A stretch of 64,000 bases of DNA from Blastocladiella emersonii ATCC 22665 (taxonomy: Eukaryota > Fungi > Blastocladiomycota), in the NCBI GenBank assembly GCA_025594325.1, contig JANHCV010000005.1, forward strand, positions 2,145,774 through 2,209,773, given 5' to 3'. How positions within the stretch are numbered: position 1 is the stretch's first letter; every line of letters begins with the position of its first letter. The notes under the pieces are model-generated. The model had not been told where the DNA came from and did not search any database. It saw only the letters and a list, made by a program, of their open reading frames with translations. A program made the position numbers and the translations under genes. Shown here piece after piece: positions 62,754 to 64,000 of the stretch.

Positions 62754-64000
62754 CCGCGCCGCCGCCTCTGTTGCCGCCGCGGCCGCCGCTAAACGACCAA
62801 TCGAATCTTCTACTACACCACCAACACCACCACCACCACCCGCTACGCTTTCTCCTGTCCATGGCGAGGACCTCAGCACTCCCGGCTACGCCATGGTCGG
62901 CGAGTCCGTTGCTGGCGCGACGCGGTCCCTTGCCTCGTTCGGCCGTCGCCTCCTCGCCTCCATCTGGCGCGACCCCGCCGCTCTGTCTCGCCTCGCCGGC
63001 TGCGTTGTACGCGCCCGCGACGTCGCCTTCGCCTCCCGCTCACTCCAACTCGACCGCGACCTCGCTCGACCCGTCCTCGCGGCCATCACGTCCGTCGCCT
63101 CCCGATCCCTCTGGCGCGGCGCCTGGCTCTCTCACTCCGCTGGCTGCGCCGAGGCCGACCCACTCGATTCTTCTGAAGCTCCGCCGCGCGAGCCGCGTGA
63201 GCGGGCCCGCCGCCCATTTGGCCAGCCCATTGCCACACTCAAGTTCATCAACCGCCACCACTACTGCTCTCGCTGTCTGAGCTCGCTCCATTCCCACGTC
63301 CCCAACCCGTCTGGGCGTGAAGAAGACCCGCCAGTGTGCCCGCCGTCCACCGCGGCCCAAGCGGCTCTTGTTGCAGATCCCTCCGTCCGACTTTGGCTGC
63401 TCGGTTCCCCAAGGCACATTCGGTGATGTGACTAGACCAAGGATCGGCGCAGTCGACGCAAGTCCAGTAGCACCAGGTGTTTGCGCGCGGTACTGACCCA
63501 TCCACTTTCTCTCGTTCTGACGACGATGAAACGCATGATCCGCCACTGAATGGCGCTGACGCACAAAAGAAAACGAAGGAGAAAAACAAAAAGAAAAGAA
63601 ACGCAAAAAGAAGAATGTCCGCACAAAAAGATGGAAAAACATCTGACGAACCTCACAGGCCATGCCCAAGACCACAGCACTGCCACTGGTCCATTGGCAT
63701 GTCCTCGCGCTCTAGTTGGTCACGCCAGCTTGTCTCTCTGCTCGGTCTCTCTTTACTGCGTTTCGTTCGCTCTCTTAGCTCGCTGCTCGAGCTCGCTCTC
63801 TCTTCGCCTCGTTCGCCCATCTCTCTCGTACTCCCCTCTCCTCCCACAATTCTTCCCCCTATGCTCCTCGACGTGCACGGTCCGGGCTTGTCGTACTGCG
63901 GCTTGCCCACAAAAGGGCTGCTGCCCGTTGCACAGTGGATATTCTGCTTGCAGTTCACAACCGCTGTTAAGGAATAAATGCATTGGTTCCAAAGAAAAAA
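62754..64000 (+). mobile_element. Retro-insertion copy, unit 16 (cut by window end inside the tail)
   Basis: 5' TSD and body match; tail reads AAAGAAAAAA, unlike the other units; 3' TSD not visible. Confidence 0.75.

Larger units (their letters stand above)
1..64000. repeat. Tandem macrosatellite array, ~4.11-4.18 kb unit, 15 full copies + 1 partial
   Basis: The same ORF set recurs at spacings 4111, 4151, 4151, 4175, 4150, 4111, 4151, 4151, 4111, 4182, 4110, 4110, 4110, 4110, 4110. The sequence GTGCGTGTGGGCGTGCGGGCCC restarts at each unit start. The array runs off both window ends. Confidence 0.99.

Noticed and set aside
1-64000. Concatemer artefact from rolling-circle or MDA amplification of a 4.1-kb circle
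   Set aside because: Units carry shared, recombining SNPs and discrete VNTR alleles in positional blocks, which one template would not give; no Rep or capsid gene is seen. Not fully excluded without raw reads.

Overview
The whole 64-kb window is one head-to-tail tandem array (macrosatellite) of a ~4.11-4.18 kb unit. There are 15 complete copies plus a 2.0-kb partial copy, starting at 1, 4112, 8263, 12414, 16589, 20739, 24850, 29001, 33152, 37263, 41445, 45555, 49665, 53775, 57885 and 61995. Copies are nearly identical; on reading I found only a handful of SNPs, a 1-nt poly(A) difference and one 8-bp VNTR. The sequence style is eukaryotic and GC/CpG-rich, but I cannot assign the organism. Each unit is nested (unit-1 coordinates): (i) an invariant 8/9-bp repeat (78-171); (ii) a GT-rich block; (iii) a 1251-bp insertion (760-2010) with the hallmarks of target-primed retrotransposition: an exact 17-bp target-site duplication ACCCTCCACGAATCACA (743-759 and 2011-2027), AATAAA 12 nt before an A10-11 tail, and a C-ending-codon-biased frame already open at the 5' junction, fused in frame to flank ATGs (617-1432); (iv) about eight diverged 138-bp monomers (~2067-3124) forming a higher-order repeat; (v) a hypervariable (GCCAGCCT)n tract, n = 4, 9, 12 or 13, which explains nearly all unit-length variation. 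SNP haplotypes across units fail the four-gamete test over 165-560 bp, indicating gene conversion or unequal exchange in a real array. I recognised no rRNA, tRNA, snRNA, CRISPR or named gene. Most ORFs in the track are low-complexity or antisense shadows repeated once per unit.
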